Assembly (NCBI GenBank): GCA_963844035.1
Contig: CAWJMT010000012.1
Location: 1-64,000, forward strand
Length of the DNA stretch: 64,000 bases
Direction: 5' to 3'
Origin: an uncultured Gemmatimonadales bacterium
GTDB taxonomy: Bacteria; Gemmatimonadota; Gemmatimonadetes; Gemmatimonadales; GWC2-71-9
The translations under genes and the position numbers were made by a program. Under the pieces are notes generated by a model, which saw only the letters and a list, made by a program, of their open reading frames with translations, was not told where the DNA came from and did not search any database. Positions 38,214-49,456 of this stretch are shown piece after piece (position 1 is the first letter of the stretch; every line of letters starts with the position of its first letter).

Positions 38214-39738
38214 ATGACAATGCGTGAGAAAGCTCGAACTCCTACAGCAGAAGCGCGCCGAGTCCGAGCTCGGCGGCGGTCCCGAGCGAATCCAGGCCCA
38301 GCACGACAAGAAAAAAATGACCGCGCGCGAGCGGCTCGACGCGCTGGTCGATCCCGGCTCGTTCGTCGAGCTTGACCGGTTCGTGACGCACCGCTCGAGC
38401 GACTTCGGGCTGGCCGACGAGCAGTACCTGGGCGACGGCGTCGTGACCGGCCACGGCACTATCGACGGGCGGCCGGTCTTCGTGTTTGCCCAGGATTTCA
38501 CCGTGTTCGGCGGCTCGCTCTCCGAGACCAACGCGGAAAAGATCTGCAAGGTGATGGACCTGGCGGTCAAGACCGGGGCGCCGATCATCGGCTTGAACGA
38601 CTCGGGCGGCGCGCGGATCCAGGAAGGGGTCGCCTCGCTGGGCGGCTACGCCGACATTTTCCTGCGCAACACGCTTGCCTCGGGCGTGGTCCCGCAGATC
38701 AGCGCGATCCTCGGGCCCTGCGCGGGCGGCGCGGTGTACAGCCCCGCGATCACCGATTTCGTGTTCATGGTGCGCGGGGTGTCGTACATGTTTGTGACCG
38801 GCCCGAACGTCGTGAAGACCGTCACCCACGAAGACGTGGATTTCGAGAGCCTGGGGGGCGCTGACGTCCATGGCATCACCTCCGGGATCGCGCACTTCGT
38901 GCACGATTCAGAGCTCGAGTCCCTGGCGGCGATCCGCACGCTGCTGTCGTACCTGCCGTCCAACAACCTCGACGCCCCGCCCGTGATCCCGAGCGGCGAC
39001 CCGGCCGACCGGCGGGACGAAGAGCTGCTCGACGTAATCCCCGACAACCCGACCCAGGCCTACGACATGCATGACGTGATCCGCCGCGTGGTGGACCGGG
39101 GCGTGTTTTTCGAGGTGCAGCGGGACTTCGGGGGCAACCTGCTGGTCGGCTTCGCGCGCCTGGGCGGCCGTCCGGTCGGCATCATCGCCAACCAGCCCGC
39201 GACCCTGGCCGGCGTGCTCGACTCGAACGCCTCGGTCAAGGGCGCGCGCTTCATCCGCCTGTGCGACGCGTTCAACGTGCCGCTCGTCACCTTCGAGGAT
39301 GTCCCGGGCTTCCTCCCTGGGGTTGCCCAGGAGCACGGCGGGATCATCAAGCACGGCGCCAAGCTGCTCTACGCCTATTGCGAAGCCACCGTCCCCAAGC
39401 TGACGGTCATCACCCGCAAGGCATACGGCGGCGCGTACGACGTGATGAGCTCGAAGCACATCCGCGGCGACTACAACCTCGCGTGGCCCACCGCCGAGAT
39501 CGCGGTCATGGGGCCGAAGGGCGCGGTGGAAATCCTCGACAAGGGCGAAGCCACCGAGCAGAGCGAAGCGGAGTATCGGGAGAAGTTCGCCCACCCCTAC
39601 CTGGCGGCCGCCCGCGGCTTCCTGGACGACATCATCGACCCGCGCGACACGCGGCCGCGGCTGATCGCCGCGCTCGCGACGCTGGCGTCCAAACGCGACC
39701 GGAATCCTCCCAAGAAGCATGGCAACATTCCTCTGTAG
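38214..39738 (+). CDS. pccB: Acyl-CoA (propionyl-CoA) carboxylase carboxyltransferase subunit (probable ATG 38214 with an extra A near 38230, otherwise GTG 38224)
   Basis: [45 protein letters not shown]. Confidence 0.94.
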
Positions 39739-39739
39739 G

Positions 39740-40662
39740 GTGCTGCTCGCCGCAGTGCTCGCTCAGGGGACGGAAGCGCCTCCGCGCGACTCTGGCGTAG
39801 CGCCGCGGGCGGCGGTACGCCGGAGCCCGGTGACGGGCCCGGCTGGGCGGCGCTGGGCCGGAGCTACGTCGAGCTGGTCGTGGCCGATCGCGCGGTGCAA
39901 CCGCGCCGCGATACCGTCTGGACCCTCGCGGTACTCGACAGCGCGGACCGGGCGCTGGCGCGCGCGGCGTCGCTGCTGGGTGCGCCCGGATTGAGCCCGG
40001 AGGGGGACAGCGCGCGCGTACTGCGCGTACAGGCGTGGAGCGAGCGCGCGGTGCTCGCGTGGGAGCGCGGCGGGGTCGCCCGGGGCATCGATGCGTGGAG
40101 CCCGGTGCCCGCCGACTTACGCCTCTCGCCGGTGCTCGAGGAGCTGGGCGAAAATCTGTTGCGCGCCTGTCCCACGCACGGCGTGCTGCTGACGGCCACG
40201 GCCGCGGATTCCTACGCCGCCTGGTTCATGCGCTACGCCAGAGGCTTGCGGACGGACCTCATCGTCGTGCCGCTCAGCGTGTGGCGCGGTGACTCCGTGT
40301 TTCGCGTGCGCGCCGCGGCGGACCTGAAGCTCGGCACGGCGGGGCGCGGGGACGGGTGGCTGGCCGCATTGATCGAGCGCCGCCCGGCGTGCGCCACGAT
40401 GGCGTTCGAGCGGCCGCCCGACTGGCGGCCCCGCGTGAGCTGGGCCACCCGGCCGCTCGTGTGGGTGGCAGGCCGGCCGCCCAGCGACGACCGCGTGCCC
40501 CCGCGGGACTTCGTCTTTGCCGCGCTCTCGATGGCACTCGACGACCACGACCCCTGGGCCAGGAGCGCCCTGGCGGTGTACGCCCGCGCCGCCCGCGCCA
40601 CGCCGGCGCTGTGCGAGCCCCTGGGCGCATTCAAGATTCCCGATACCGGCTGCCGGCGATGA
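39740..40662 (+). CDS. Hypothetical protein (frameshift near 39830-39870)
   Basis: Coding signal between pccB and accC; GVLLTATAADSYAAWF...GLRTDLIVV recalls the DUF2723/TMEM260 soluble domain. Confidence 0.6.
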
Positions 40663-40679
40663 AACGGCGGCTCTGACCA

Positions 40680-42193
40680 ATGATTGATTTCACCCGAGTG
40701 CTGGTCGCGAACCGCGGCGAGATCGCGCTCCGCATCATCCGCGCCTGCCACGAGGAGGGCCTCGAGGCGGTGGCGGTCTATTCCGAGGCCGACCGCTTGT
40801 CTCCGCACGTGCGCGCGGCCGACCGCGCCGTGCCCATCGGTCCCGCGCCCGCGATTGACTCGTACCTGAACATCGGGGCGCTGCTCGAAGCCGCCCGCGC
40901 CACCGGCTGCGAAGCGGTGCATCCCGGCTACGGGTTCCTCTCGGAGCGGGCGCCGTTCGCGGAGGCCGTGGAGCGGGCCGGTCTGGTGTTTGTCGGGCCG
41001 TCGCCCGAGGCGATGCGCGCCATGGGCGACAAGACCGAAGCGCGGCGGCGCATGCAGGCCGCCGGCGTGCCGATCGTGCCGGGCTCCACCCAACCCGTCA
41101 GCGACCTGCATCAGGCCGGCGTTCAGGCGGGGCGGATCGGATTTCCGGTGCTGCTCAAGGCGGCGGCCGGCGGCGGCGGCAAGGGGATGCGTCTGGTGCG
41201 CGACGCCGCGGAGCTCGCATCGGCATTCGAGGCGGCGCGCAGCGAAAGCCTGAAGGCGTTCGGCGCCGACGACGTCTACATCGAGAAATATCTGGAGGCC
41301 CCGCGGCACATCGAGGTCCAGGTGTTGGCCGACACGCACGGCCGGATCATCTCGCTGGGCGAGCGGGAGTGCAGCGTCCAGCGCCGCTACCAGAAGCTGA
41401 TCGAGGAAGCGCCGTCGGTGGCCGTGTCGCCGGCTCTGCGCCGCCGTTTGGGCGAAGCGGCCACCGCGGCCGCGGGGTCGGTCGGCTACGTCGGCGCGGG
41501 CACGATCGAGTTCCTGCTGACGGCGAACGGCACCTTCTATTTCCTCGAGATGAACACCCGCATCCAGGTCGAGCACCCCGTCACCGAGCTCGTGTACGGC
41601 GTCGACCTGGTGCGCGAGCAGCTGCGGATCGCCGCCGGCAAGCCGATGCGGGTCCATGCGGGGACTCTCAATCCGCGCGGCCACGCGATCGAATGCCGCA
41701 TCACGGCCGAAGACCCGTTCAACGATTTCCTCCCGGCGACCGGGGTGATCCAGTACCTGCGCGTGCCGGGCGGTGCGGGAGTGCGTTGGGACGGCGGCGT
41801 GGAGTCGGGGCAGGAGATCACGCCTGTACTACGATCCGCTGCTCGGGAAGCTGATCGTGTGGGCGGAATCCCGCGAAGTGGCGATCCGGCGCATGGTGCG
41901 GGCGCTGCGCGAGCTGGTGATCGTGGGCCTGCCGACGTCGCAGCCGTTTCACCTCCTGGTGATGGACGATCCCGGGTTTCAACGCGGGGAGCTCGACATC
42001 ACCTACCTCGACCGCTTTGGGCTGGGGCACCTGCCGCAGGGCACGCGGGAGGAGCTGGTCCGTCCCGCTCGCGGTGGTCGCCGCGCTGCTGGCTGAGGAG
42101 CGCCGCACGGAAACTCGCTCGACGACCGCCCGACCGCCCGACCGCCTGTCCGCCTGGGTTGTTGAGGGGCTGCGGGAAGGTTTGCGCGAATGA
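40680..42193 (+). CDS. accC: Biotin carboxylase subunit (frameshifts near 41823, 42062)
   Basis: LVANRGEIALR, HPGYGFLSE, AGGGGKGMR, RECSVQRR, FLEMNTRIQVEHPVTE, YYDPLLGKL. Confidence 0.95.
42123..42155. repeat. Octamer array (CGACCGCC)3-TGTCCGCC in the accC 3' end
   Basis: Read directly; encodes TARPPDRLSA. Confidence 0.85.
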
Positions 42194-43422
42194 GCGAAGT
42201 CGTGACGATCTCGGGGCTCGCCGCCGGGGGCGATGGCGTCGGCCACCTGGCCGATGGCCGGGCCGTGTTCGTGCCGCGCACGGTGCCGGGTGATTCGGTG
42301 GCCCTGCGCACCGGGGTGAAGCTGCATCGCAGCTTTGCGCGCGGCGAGGTGAGCGAAATTCTGCGCCCCGGTCCCGCGCGCGTCGCGCCTGCCTGCCCGC
42401 ACTTCGCCAAGGATCGCTGCGGCGGCTGCCAGTTTCAGCATCTCGCGTACGACGCGCAGCTCGCGGCGAAACGCGCCATCGTGGGCGACGCGTTACGGCG
42501 GATTGGCAAGCTCGATCTCCCAGACCCGGAGATCGTGGAAGCGATCGAGGAATGGCGCTATCGCTCGGAGATCACGCTGCACGCCGTGCGCTTGCCGGGC
42601 CGCGACGGGAATGTTGTCGGGATGCACCCCTACGGTCGTCCGGGGGCGGTGTTCTCGCTGCTCGACTGCCACGTCGCGGACTTCCGGCTGATGGCGCTGT
42701 GGCGCGAGGTGAAGCCGCGCCTCGCCATGCTGCCGCCCCGTCTCACCCGGCTGACGCTACGGCTCGATCGGGATGGCCGCCGGCATCTGATCGCGGAGTC
42801 TCCCGGGGAGCCGTGGCAGGACGCGCGGGCGCTCCGCGCCTTCATTCCCGATCTGATCTGCTGGTGGCATCCGGTCGATGGCGCGGCGCGCGTGGTGGCG
42901 GGACCGGTCACGGGGTTCCCCCCGACGGGGTTCGAGCAGACCAACGCGGAGATGGCGCTGCTCGCGCGCACCTGGGCGGTGGAGCAGCTCGGCGACCAGC
43001 GCGGCCGCGTGGTGTGGGACCTGTACAGTGGCATCGGTGACACGGCGACGCTGTTGGCGGCGCGGGGCGCGGAGGTGGTGAGCGTTGATGCCGACGAGAA
43101 GGCGGTCGAGTGGGCACGCCGGCGGCCCGTCACGGGGTCGGTGCGATTCATTGCCGCGCGCGTCGAGGATGTGCTCGCGACGCTCCCCGAGCCGCACGGT
43201 GCGCTCGTGAACCCGCCGCAGGAGGGGCTGCACTGGGACGTCACCTTGAAGCTGCGGGAGCAGCCCGCTGCCCGTCTGGTCTACATCTCACGCGATCCCG
43301 CGACGCTCGCACGCGACCTCCAGCGCTTGAGTGTGAACTACCACATCACCGCGCTCCGCGCGTTCGACCTGTTCCCGCAGACGGCGCAGGTCGAGACCGT
43401 CGCCGTGCTCGAGGCGGCATGA
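42190..43422 (+). CDS. TRAM-domain RlmD/TrmA-family RNA m5U methyltransferase homologue (catalytic Cys replaced by Arg)
   Basis: TRAM N-terminus, CPHF...CGGC Fe-S motif, FEQTN, DLYSGIG, YISRDPATLARD, FDLFPQT. Confidence 0.9.
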   Translation: MSEVVTISGLAAGGDGVGHLADGRAVFVPRTVPGDSVALRTGVKLHRSFARGEVSEILRPGPARVAPACPHFAKDRCGGCQFQHLAYDAQLAAKRAIVGDALRRIGKLDLPDPEIVEAIEEWRYRSEITLHAVRLPGRDGNVVGMHPYGRPGAVFSLLDCHVADFRLMALWREVKPRLAMLPPRLTRLTLRLDRDGRRHLIAESPGEPWQDARALRAFIPDLICWWHPVDGAARVVAGPVTGFPPTGFEQTNAEMALLARTWAVEQLGDQRGRVVWDLYSGIGDTATLLAARGAEVVSVDADEKAVEWARRRPVTGSVRFIAARVEDVLATLPEPHGALVNPPQEGLHWDVTLKLREQPAARLVYISRDPATLARDLQRLSVNYHITALRAFDLFPQTAQVETVAVLEAA

Positions 43423-43940
43423 AATACTCCGTGAAGGTGGGGGAGCCGCCGCGCACCGTGGAAGTCGAGGTTACCGCCGAGGGCGTCAAGGTCGACGGCA
43501 AGCCGGTCGAGGCGCGCATGGTAGCGATACCGGGCACCCCGCTGTACCACCTCCTCCTCGGGGTGCAGTCCTGGACGGTGGCGGTGCAGGCGGTCGAGGA
43601 TGGGCGCTGGACGATGGGGGTGGCTGGCGAACGGGTGGCGGTCGAGGCGATGGATGAGCGCACCCGGCAAATCCGCGCCCTCGCAGGCGCTCGCCCGGTT
43701 CCGAAGGCTTCGGGGGCGGTGGTAGCGCCGATGCCGGGGTTGGTCGTGCGGGTGCTGGTGGTCGCCGGCCAGCAGGTCGAGGCGGGAGAGGGTCTCGTCG
43801 TGGTCGAGGCGATGAAGATGGAAAACGAGCTGCGGGCGGCCAGAGCGGGGGTGGTCGCCAAGGTGCACGTGGACGTGGGACAGGTGGTCGAGAAGGGCGC
43901 CCCGCTCGTTACCCTCGGAGAGCCAGAAACCAAGGTGTAG
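43419..43940 (+). CDS. Biotin carboxyl carrier protein subunit
   Basis: APMPGLV, EAMKMENE. Confidence 0.93.
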   Translation: MKYSVKVGEPPRTVEVEVTAEGVKVDGKPVEARMVAIPGTPLYHLLLGVQSWTVAVQAVEDGRWTMGVAGERVAVEAMDERTRQIRALAGARPVPKASGAVVAPMPGLVVRVLVVAGQQVEAGEGLVVVEAMKMENELRAARAGVVAKVHVDVGQVVEKGAPLVTLGEPETKV

Positions 43941-44035
43941 TCGGATTGTGGCCGGAGCGTTACAAACGCGCCACCGAGCCGTCGCCCGCCCGGGCGATGA
44001 TGGTCCCGAAGCCCACACCTACTTCGGGAGGATCG

Positions 44036-45401
44036 ATGCCTCGTCGCTTCACCAGCCCTCTATTCAATGCGGTCGCCGTCGCCGCCGTGCTCGGCGCGGC
44101 CTGCCGCGATGTCTCGACCACGGCGGGACAGACGCCTGAGAGCGCCGCACCCCTGGCGTTCGAAGCGCACGCCGTCGATTTCAATTTTTCCGATCCTGAC
44201 GCCTTCGTCCCGCTCGACACGTCAACGGCCTGCACGGCGGGCGGCGGACTCGAGCAGATCCTGTTGCCGCCCGGCTTCGTCGCGACGATCATCGCCTCGG
44301 AGCCCGCGTTCGCGGACGTACCCGATATGAACACCCTCAACGAGACGGGGTCGCAGGCCGGCCGGTTCCTCTATCGGACGCACGAAACGGGAAGCAACTC
44401 CCCCGTCTCGGTGACCGACCTCGAGACCGGAGCCACCCACACGTTGGCGCAGCGCGCCGATTGGGAGCGGTTCGACGGCATCGCGTGGACTCCGTGGGGG
44501 ACGATTCTCGCGGCCGAAGAGGCAGCTCCCGCGGCGCGGCCCGATACCGCTGTCCCCGGCGGCCTGAACGGGTTCGTCTATGAGATCGACCCGACGAGCG
44601 GTGCCGCCACCGTGCGTCCGGCGATCGGCTCGAAGTCGCACGAGGGAATGCGGTTCGACGAGCGCGGCAACCTGTACACCATTTCGGAGCGGAGCCCCGG
44701 GCTACATCTACCGCTTCACGCCGGACCACCCCCACGACTTGAGCAGCGGCCAGCTGTCCGTCATGAAGCTGGTGGAAGACATGGGCGATCGGACGGGGTG
44801 GGGCGTGTGGGTGCCGCTCGACCGCGTGCAGGTGCGCCTGAACGCCGATGCCGCGGCCGACTCGGCCGGCGCCACCGGCTACGCTCGTCCCGAGGACGTC
44901 GAGACGGGCACGAGCACCGGCAATGACCGGCGCGGTGGCCGCATGCTCTACGTGGCGGTCACGGGCGAAGACCGCGTGCTGGCGATCGACCTGGACGCCG
45001 GCAGAGGACCACGGCGCGGCCAGGTGTTCGTGAGCGACTATGTGCGCGACGGTCTCAACGCACCCGCGGCGTTCGACTTCCCGGACAACCTGGCGCTCGA
45101 CCGGGACGGCAACCTCTTCATCACCGAGGATCCGGGTGGGACGGCGCCGGCCAAGACCCGGGGCGACGATGTCTGGTTCGCATCATTCGAGCGCTCGACG
45201 CCCGGGCGGGCCGGCAGCGTCTCGCGGTTCTTCTCGATCACGGACTGCAACGCGGAGCCGACGGGCATCTACTTCAGCAAGTCGGGCCGCTCGTTGTTCG
45301 TGAACATCCAGCACCGCGGCGGCGACGGGCGTGACGCGTCGATCGCCGTGCAGCGGATCGCCAAGGTGGACTTCCAGGTCGTGGGCGGCGCGGCCAAGTA
45401 A
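44036..45401 (+). CDS. PhoX/DUF839-like beta-propeller phosphatase lipoprotein (frameshift near 44697)
   Basis: GGAGG RBS, LGAAC lipobox, WTPWGTILAAEE, SHEG, RPED, PDNL, ITED, EPTG, VNIQH. Confidence 0.85.
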
Positions 45402-45492
45402 GGCGCGCTCTCCCAGGAAGCGCACGGCCGCGCTCCACCGGACTGGTGGGGCGCGGCCGGTTTGCGTCCCCGGAACGGGGCGAACCCTGTGG

Positions 45493-45522
45493 TTGACAGG
45501 GTCTTACGGCTCGTGGTATAGT
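45493..45522 (+). promoter_or_regulatory. Near-consensus sigma70 promoter of rplM-rpsI
   Basis: TTGACA-18 nt-TATAGT with extended -10 TG. Confidence 0.85.
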
Positions 45523-45558
45523 ACTCGGCTGCGACATTCTCGAAACAAGTTCGGGGAC

Positions 45559-46003
45559 ATGAATACGTTCACATTGCGATCCGAAGACATGCAAACACCG
45601 CTGGTTCGTGCTCGACGCCGCCGGGGAACCGCTCGGCCGGTTGGCGAGCCGCGTCGCCCAGGTGCTGCGTGGCAAGCACAAGCCGACGTTCACGCCGCAC
45701 GTCAACGGCGGCGACTGCGTGATCGTGGTCAACGCCGAGCGGGTGATGCTGACCGGACGGAAGATGGAGCAGAAGCAGTACTTCCGGCACACCGGCTACA
45801 TGGGCCACGAGCGGTTCACGCCCGTGAAGACGATGCTCGCGAAACATCCCGAGCTGGTCATCGAGAAAGCGGTCTGGGGCATGCTGCCCAAGACGACGCT
45901 GTCACGTCAGAAGGTGAAACAGATGCTCAAGGTGTACGCCGGACCGACCCATCCGCACGCGGCTCAGCAGCCCGAGCCGTTCGCATTGGCCAAGGTGAAG
46001 TGA
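45559..46003 (+). CDS. rplM: 50S ribosomal protein L13 (frameshift near 45595)
   Basis: WFVLDA, LGRLAS, LRGKHKPTFTPH, HTGY, GMLPK, HPHAAQQP. Confidence 0.97.
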
Positions 46004-46004
46004 C

Positions 46005-46409
46005 ATGAGCGCGATCACGCCGGAGCTGCGCTGGCACGCCATCGGCCGCCGCAAGGTGGCCGTTGCCCGCGTCTATCTGACGCCGGGCTCGGGAAAGTGG
46101 AATATCAACGGCCGTACGCTGGGCGACTATTTTCCGCGACCGTCGCTCGTGTCGCACATTCAGCAGTCGTTCACCGCGACCGACACGTTGGGGGCGTTCG
46201 ACGTGAAGGCGATCGTGAAGGGCGGCGGGCTGACGGGGCAGGCGGGCGGGATACGCCTGGCGATCGCGCGCGCCTTGTGCCTCGCGGACGAGCGCCATCG
46301 GAAAAAGCTGCGCGAGAATGGCCTGCTGACGCGCGATCCGCGTGCCGTCGAGCGCAAGAAGCCGGGACGAGCGGGCGCGCGGAAGCGGTTCCAGTTCAGT
46401 AAGAGATAG
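46005..46409 (+). CDS. rpsI: 30S ribosomal protein S9
   Basis: GRRKVAVARV, GGGLTGQAG, LTRDPRAVERKKPG, QFSKR. Confidence 0.98.
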   Translation: MSAITPELRWHAIGRRKVAVARVYLTPGSGKWNINGRTLGDYFPRPSLVSHIQQSFTATDTLGAFDVKAIVKGGGLTGQAGGIRLAIARALCLADERHRKKLRENGLLTRDPRAVERKKPGRAGARKRFQFSKR

Positions 46410-46412
46410 AAA

Positions 46413-46485
46413 CAGGTGTCAGGTGTGAGGTGCCAGGTGTCAGGTTTCTGAAACCCTGACACCTGAAACCCGACACCTGACACCT
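46413..46485. repeat. Inverted heptamer arrays (CAGGTGT)5 ... (CCTGACA)4 between rpsI and rpsB
   Basis: Left arm 46413-46447, right arm 46455-46485. Confidence 0.95.
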
Positions 46486-46489
46486 AAAA

Positions 46490-46587
46490 TCCACACGCTG
46501 CCCGATCCGGTCGCGGGTCCCCGCCTTCGCGGCGGGGTTCGACCGGAGATGACGGCAGCGGCGGAACGAACCCAGAAAGGGAGGGGC
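46490..46587 (+). ncRNA. Structured rpsB leader (candidate S2 autoregulatory leader)
   Basis: Nested stems CGCTGCC/GGCAGCG, TCCGGTCG/CGACCGGA, CCCCGCC-TTCGC-GGCGGGG directly upstream of the rpsB RBS. Confidence 0.6.
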
Positions 46588-47476
46588 ATGACACAACCGC
46601 AGTTACAGGACCTGCTCGAGGCCGGGGTACACTTCGGCCACCAGACCCGCCGTTGGAATCCCAAGATGCGCCGCTTCATCTTCGCCGAGCGCAGCGGCAT
46701 CTACATCATCGACCTGCAGAAGACGCTGCGCCAGCTCGAGCTCGCGCAGGAGCTGTTGCGCGGCGTGGTGCTCAAGGGCGAAGGCGTGATGTTCGTCTGC
46801 ACCAAGCGCCAGCTCAAGCTCATCCTCCAGAGCGAGGCGCAGCGCTGCGGCGCGTACTACGTCACCGAGCGCTGGCTGGGCGGTACGCTGACCAACTTCC
46901 AGACGATCAAGAAGCAGATCAAGCGGCTCAAGGATCTGGAGCAGGGCGCGACCGAAGGCGAGTTCCAGAACTACACCAAGAAAGAACAGCTGCTGTTCGA
47001 GCGTGAGCGCATCAAGCTCGACAAGTATTTGTCGGGGATCAAGAACATGGGCCGCCTGCCCGGCGCGCTGTTCATCGTGGACGCCAAGAAAGAGCGGATC
47101 GCGGTGGCGGAGGCGAGAAAACTGGGCATCCCCGTGGTGGCGATGGTCGATACCAACGCCGATCCGGACGTGATTACGGTACCGGTCCCCGGAAACGACG
47201 ATGCGATCCGGGCGGTCTCGCTGATCACCGGCGCGGTGGCCGACATGATCTCCGAAGCCCGGCGGCAGGTGCCGACGCGCGACGAGCGCCGAGGATGCCG
47301 ACTCGGTCACGTATTCGACCGAAACGGGTGTCGAGGCAGAGGCGGGGGCGGAGGGCGACCGCAAGCGGCAGCCGGCGCGCCGCAAGCGGCGGCCCAAGCC
47401 CGGCGCGATCGCTGCCCAGATGAAAACTGACGACTCTCCGGCTTCGGCGGAATCGAGCGGTGGGGGCGAAGCCTAG
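46588..47476 (+). CDS. rpsB: 30S ribosomal protein S2 (frameshift near 47285)
   Basis: LLEAGVHFGHQTRRWNPKM, RWLGGTLTNF, DTNADP, GNDDAIR. Confidence 0.97.
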
Positions 47477-47504
47477 CCGCCGGGTTGCGTCGTACGATCA
47501 ACCT

Positions 47505-47543
47505 CGCCGCCCTCCGGCCCCACGGCGTGAGGGCGGCGTTTTT
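47505..47543 (+). terminator. Intrinsic terminator/attenuator between rpsB and tsf
   Basis: CGCCGCCCTC...GAGGGCGGCG-TTTTT. Confidence 0.7.
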
Positions 47544-47557
47544 ATGAGGAGTGACGC

Positions 47558-48167
47558 GTGTCGAGTGTGAAAGAAATTATCGGCAAAGATGGTGGCGGAG
47601 CTGCGGAACCGGACCGGCGCCGGCATGATGGACTGCAAGAAGGCGCTCGAGGAGACGGGCGGAGATCTGGACAAGGCGGTCGAGCTGCTGCGCACGAAGA
47701 ACATCGCCAAGGCCGACAAGCGCGCCGGTCGCGACGCAGCCGAAGGGCTGATCGACACCTACGTGCACTTCAACGGCAAGATCGGCGTGCTCGTCGAGCT
47801 CAACTGCGAGACCGATTTCGTGGCGCGCACCGACGACTTCCGGCAGCTCGCCAAGGACGTGTGCCTGCACGTCGCCTCCACCAACCCGCTGACGGTCCGG
47901 ATCGAAGATCTCCCCAAGGAGGTGGTGGACACCGAGCGGCGCATCTACGAGGCCCAGGTGTCCGAGGAAAAGAAGCCGGACGCGGTGCGCGTGAAGATCG
48001 TCGACGGCCGCCTCCGGAAGTTCTACGAGGAGCGCGTGCTGCTCGAGCAGAAGTTCGTGAAGGACGACTCGCTGACGGTGGGCGACCTCGTCAAGCAGCT
48101 CGCGGCCCGGACCGGCGAGAACGTCCAGGTCCGGCGCTTCGCGCGCTTCGAGCTCGGAGGCGCCTGA
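47558..48167 (+). CDS. tsf: Elongation factor Ts, short form (frameshift near 47575)
   Basis: LRNRTGAGMMDCKKAL, ELNCETDFVA, VRRFARFELG. Confidence 0.97.
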
Positions 48168-48905
48168 GTGGCATCTACCCCCAAGCTCGCGTACCCGCGC
48201 GCGCTCCTCAAGATTTCGGGTGAGGGGTTCGCGGGGGAGCGATCGGGGGCGACGGCGGGAGCCGGGATCGACTTCGGCGTCATCGAGCGGCTGACCGACG
48301 AGCTGAAGAGCGTGGCCTCGCTGGGCGTGCAGCTCGGCCTCGTGGTGGGCGGGGGCAACATTCTGCGCGGCACCACCGCCAGCCAGCAGGGGATGGACCG
48401 CGTCTCGGCGGACTACATGGGGATGCTCGCGACGGTGATCAACGCGCTCGCCCTCCAGGACATGCTGGAGAAGAAGGGCGTGGATACGCGGGTGATGACG
48501 GCGATCCGCATGGAAGAGCTGGCCGAGCCCTACATCCGGCGCCGGGCGCTGCGCCACCTCGAGAAGGGCCGGGTGGTGATCTTCGCGGGCGGGACCGGCA
48601 ACCCGTACTTTTCCACCGACACCGCGGCGGTGCTGCGCGCGCTCGAGATCGAAGCCCGCGTGCTGCTCAAGGCCACGAACGTGGACGGCGTCTTCACCGC
48701 CGACCCCAAACGAGACCCCAAGGCCAAGTTCATTCCGGAGCTGTCGTTCCAGGAGGCGATCGTGAACGGGTACGCCGTGATGGACGCCAATGCGTTCGGT
48801 CTGTGCAAGGAGAACCGGTTGCCGATTGTCGTGTTCAATATCAACCAGCCCGGCGCGACCGCCAAAGTGCTGGCGGGTGAGCGCGTCGGCACGATCGTCC
48901 AATGA
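48168..48905 (+). CDS. pyrH: UMP kinase
   Basis: [37 protein letters not shown]. Confidence 0.97.
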   Translation: MASTPKLAYPRALLKISGEGFAGERSGATAGAGIDFGVIERLTDELKSVASLGVQLGLVVGGGNILRGTTASQQGMDRVSADYMGMLATVINALALQDMLEKKGVDTRVMTAIRMEELAEPYIRRRALRHLEKGRVVIFAGGTGNPYFSTDTAAVLRALEIEARVLLKATNVDGVFTADPKRDPKAKFIPELSFQEAIVNGYAVMDANAFGLCKENRLPIVVFNINQPGATAKVLAGERVGTIVQ

Positions 48906-49454
48906 CCCTCGCCGACGACGCCAAACACGTCAAGCAGCTGATGGGCAAGGCCGTGGACGCGGTCAGGCGCGAGTTCGCGACCGTGCGCACCGGGAAGGCG
49001 AGCGACCGCGCTGCTCGATCTCGTCCGCGTGGACGCGTACGGCAGCGAGATGCCGCTGAACCAGGTGGCCAGCGTGTCGGCCCCGGAGCCGCGCCTGCTG
49101 ACCGTGCAGCCCTGGGACCGCGGCCTGATCAAGGCCGTCGAGAAGGCGATCATGACGTCGGACCTGGGATTGACCCCGTCGAGCGACGGCCAGCTGATCC
49201 GCATCCCCCTGCCGCCGCTGACCGAGGAGCGGCGCAAGGAGCTGGTGAAGGTCGTGCATCGCTTCGCCGAGGAGGGGCGCGTCGCGATCCGCCACGCGCG
49301 CACCGAGGGGATCAGCAAGATCAAGAAGACCGAGCACGTCTCCGACGACGAGAAGAAGCACGCCGAGAAGGAAATCCAGAAGCTGCACGACGATCACATC
49401 AAGCACGTCGAAGAGATCTTGAAGGCCAAGGAGGCCGAGATCCTCGAGGTCTAA
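48902..49454 (+). CDS. frr: Ribosome recycling factor (frameshift near 49003)
   Basis: [36 protein letters not shown]. Confidence 0.96.
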
Positions 49455-49456
49455 CG

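Noticed and set aside
47558..48167. EF-Ts appears truncated (about 200 aa)
   Set aside because: The short EF-Ts form is normal in many phyla and both terminal motifs are present
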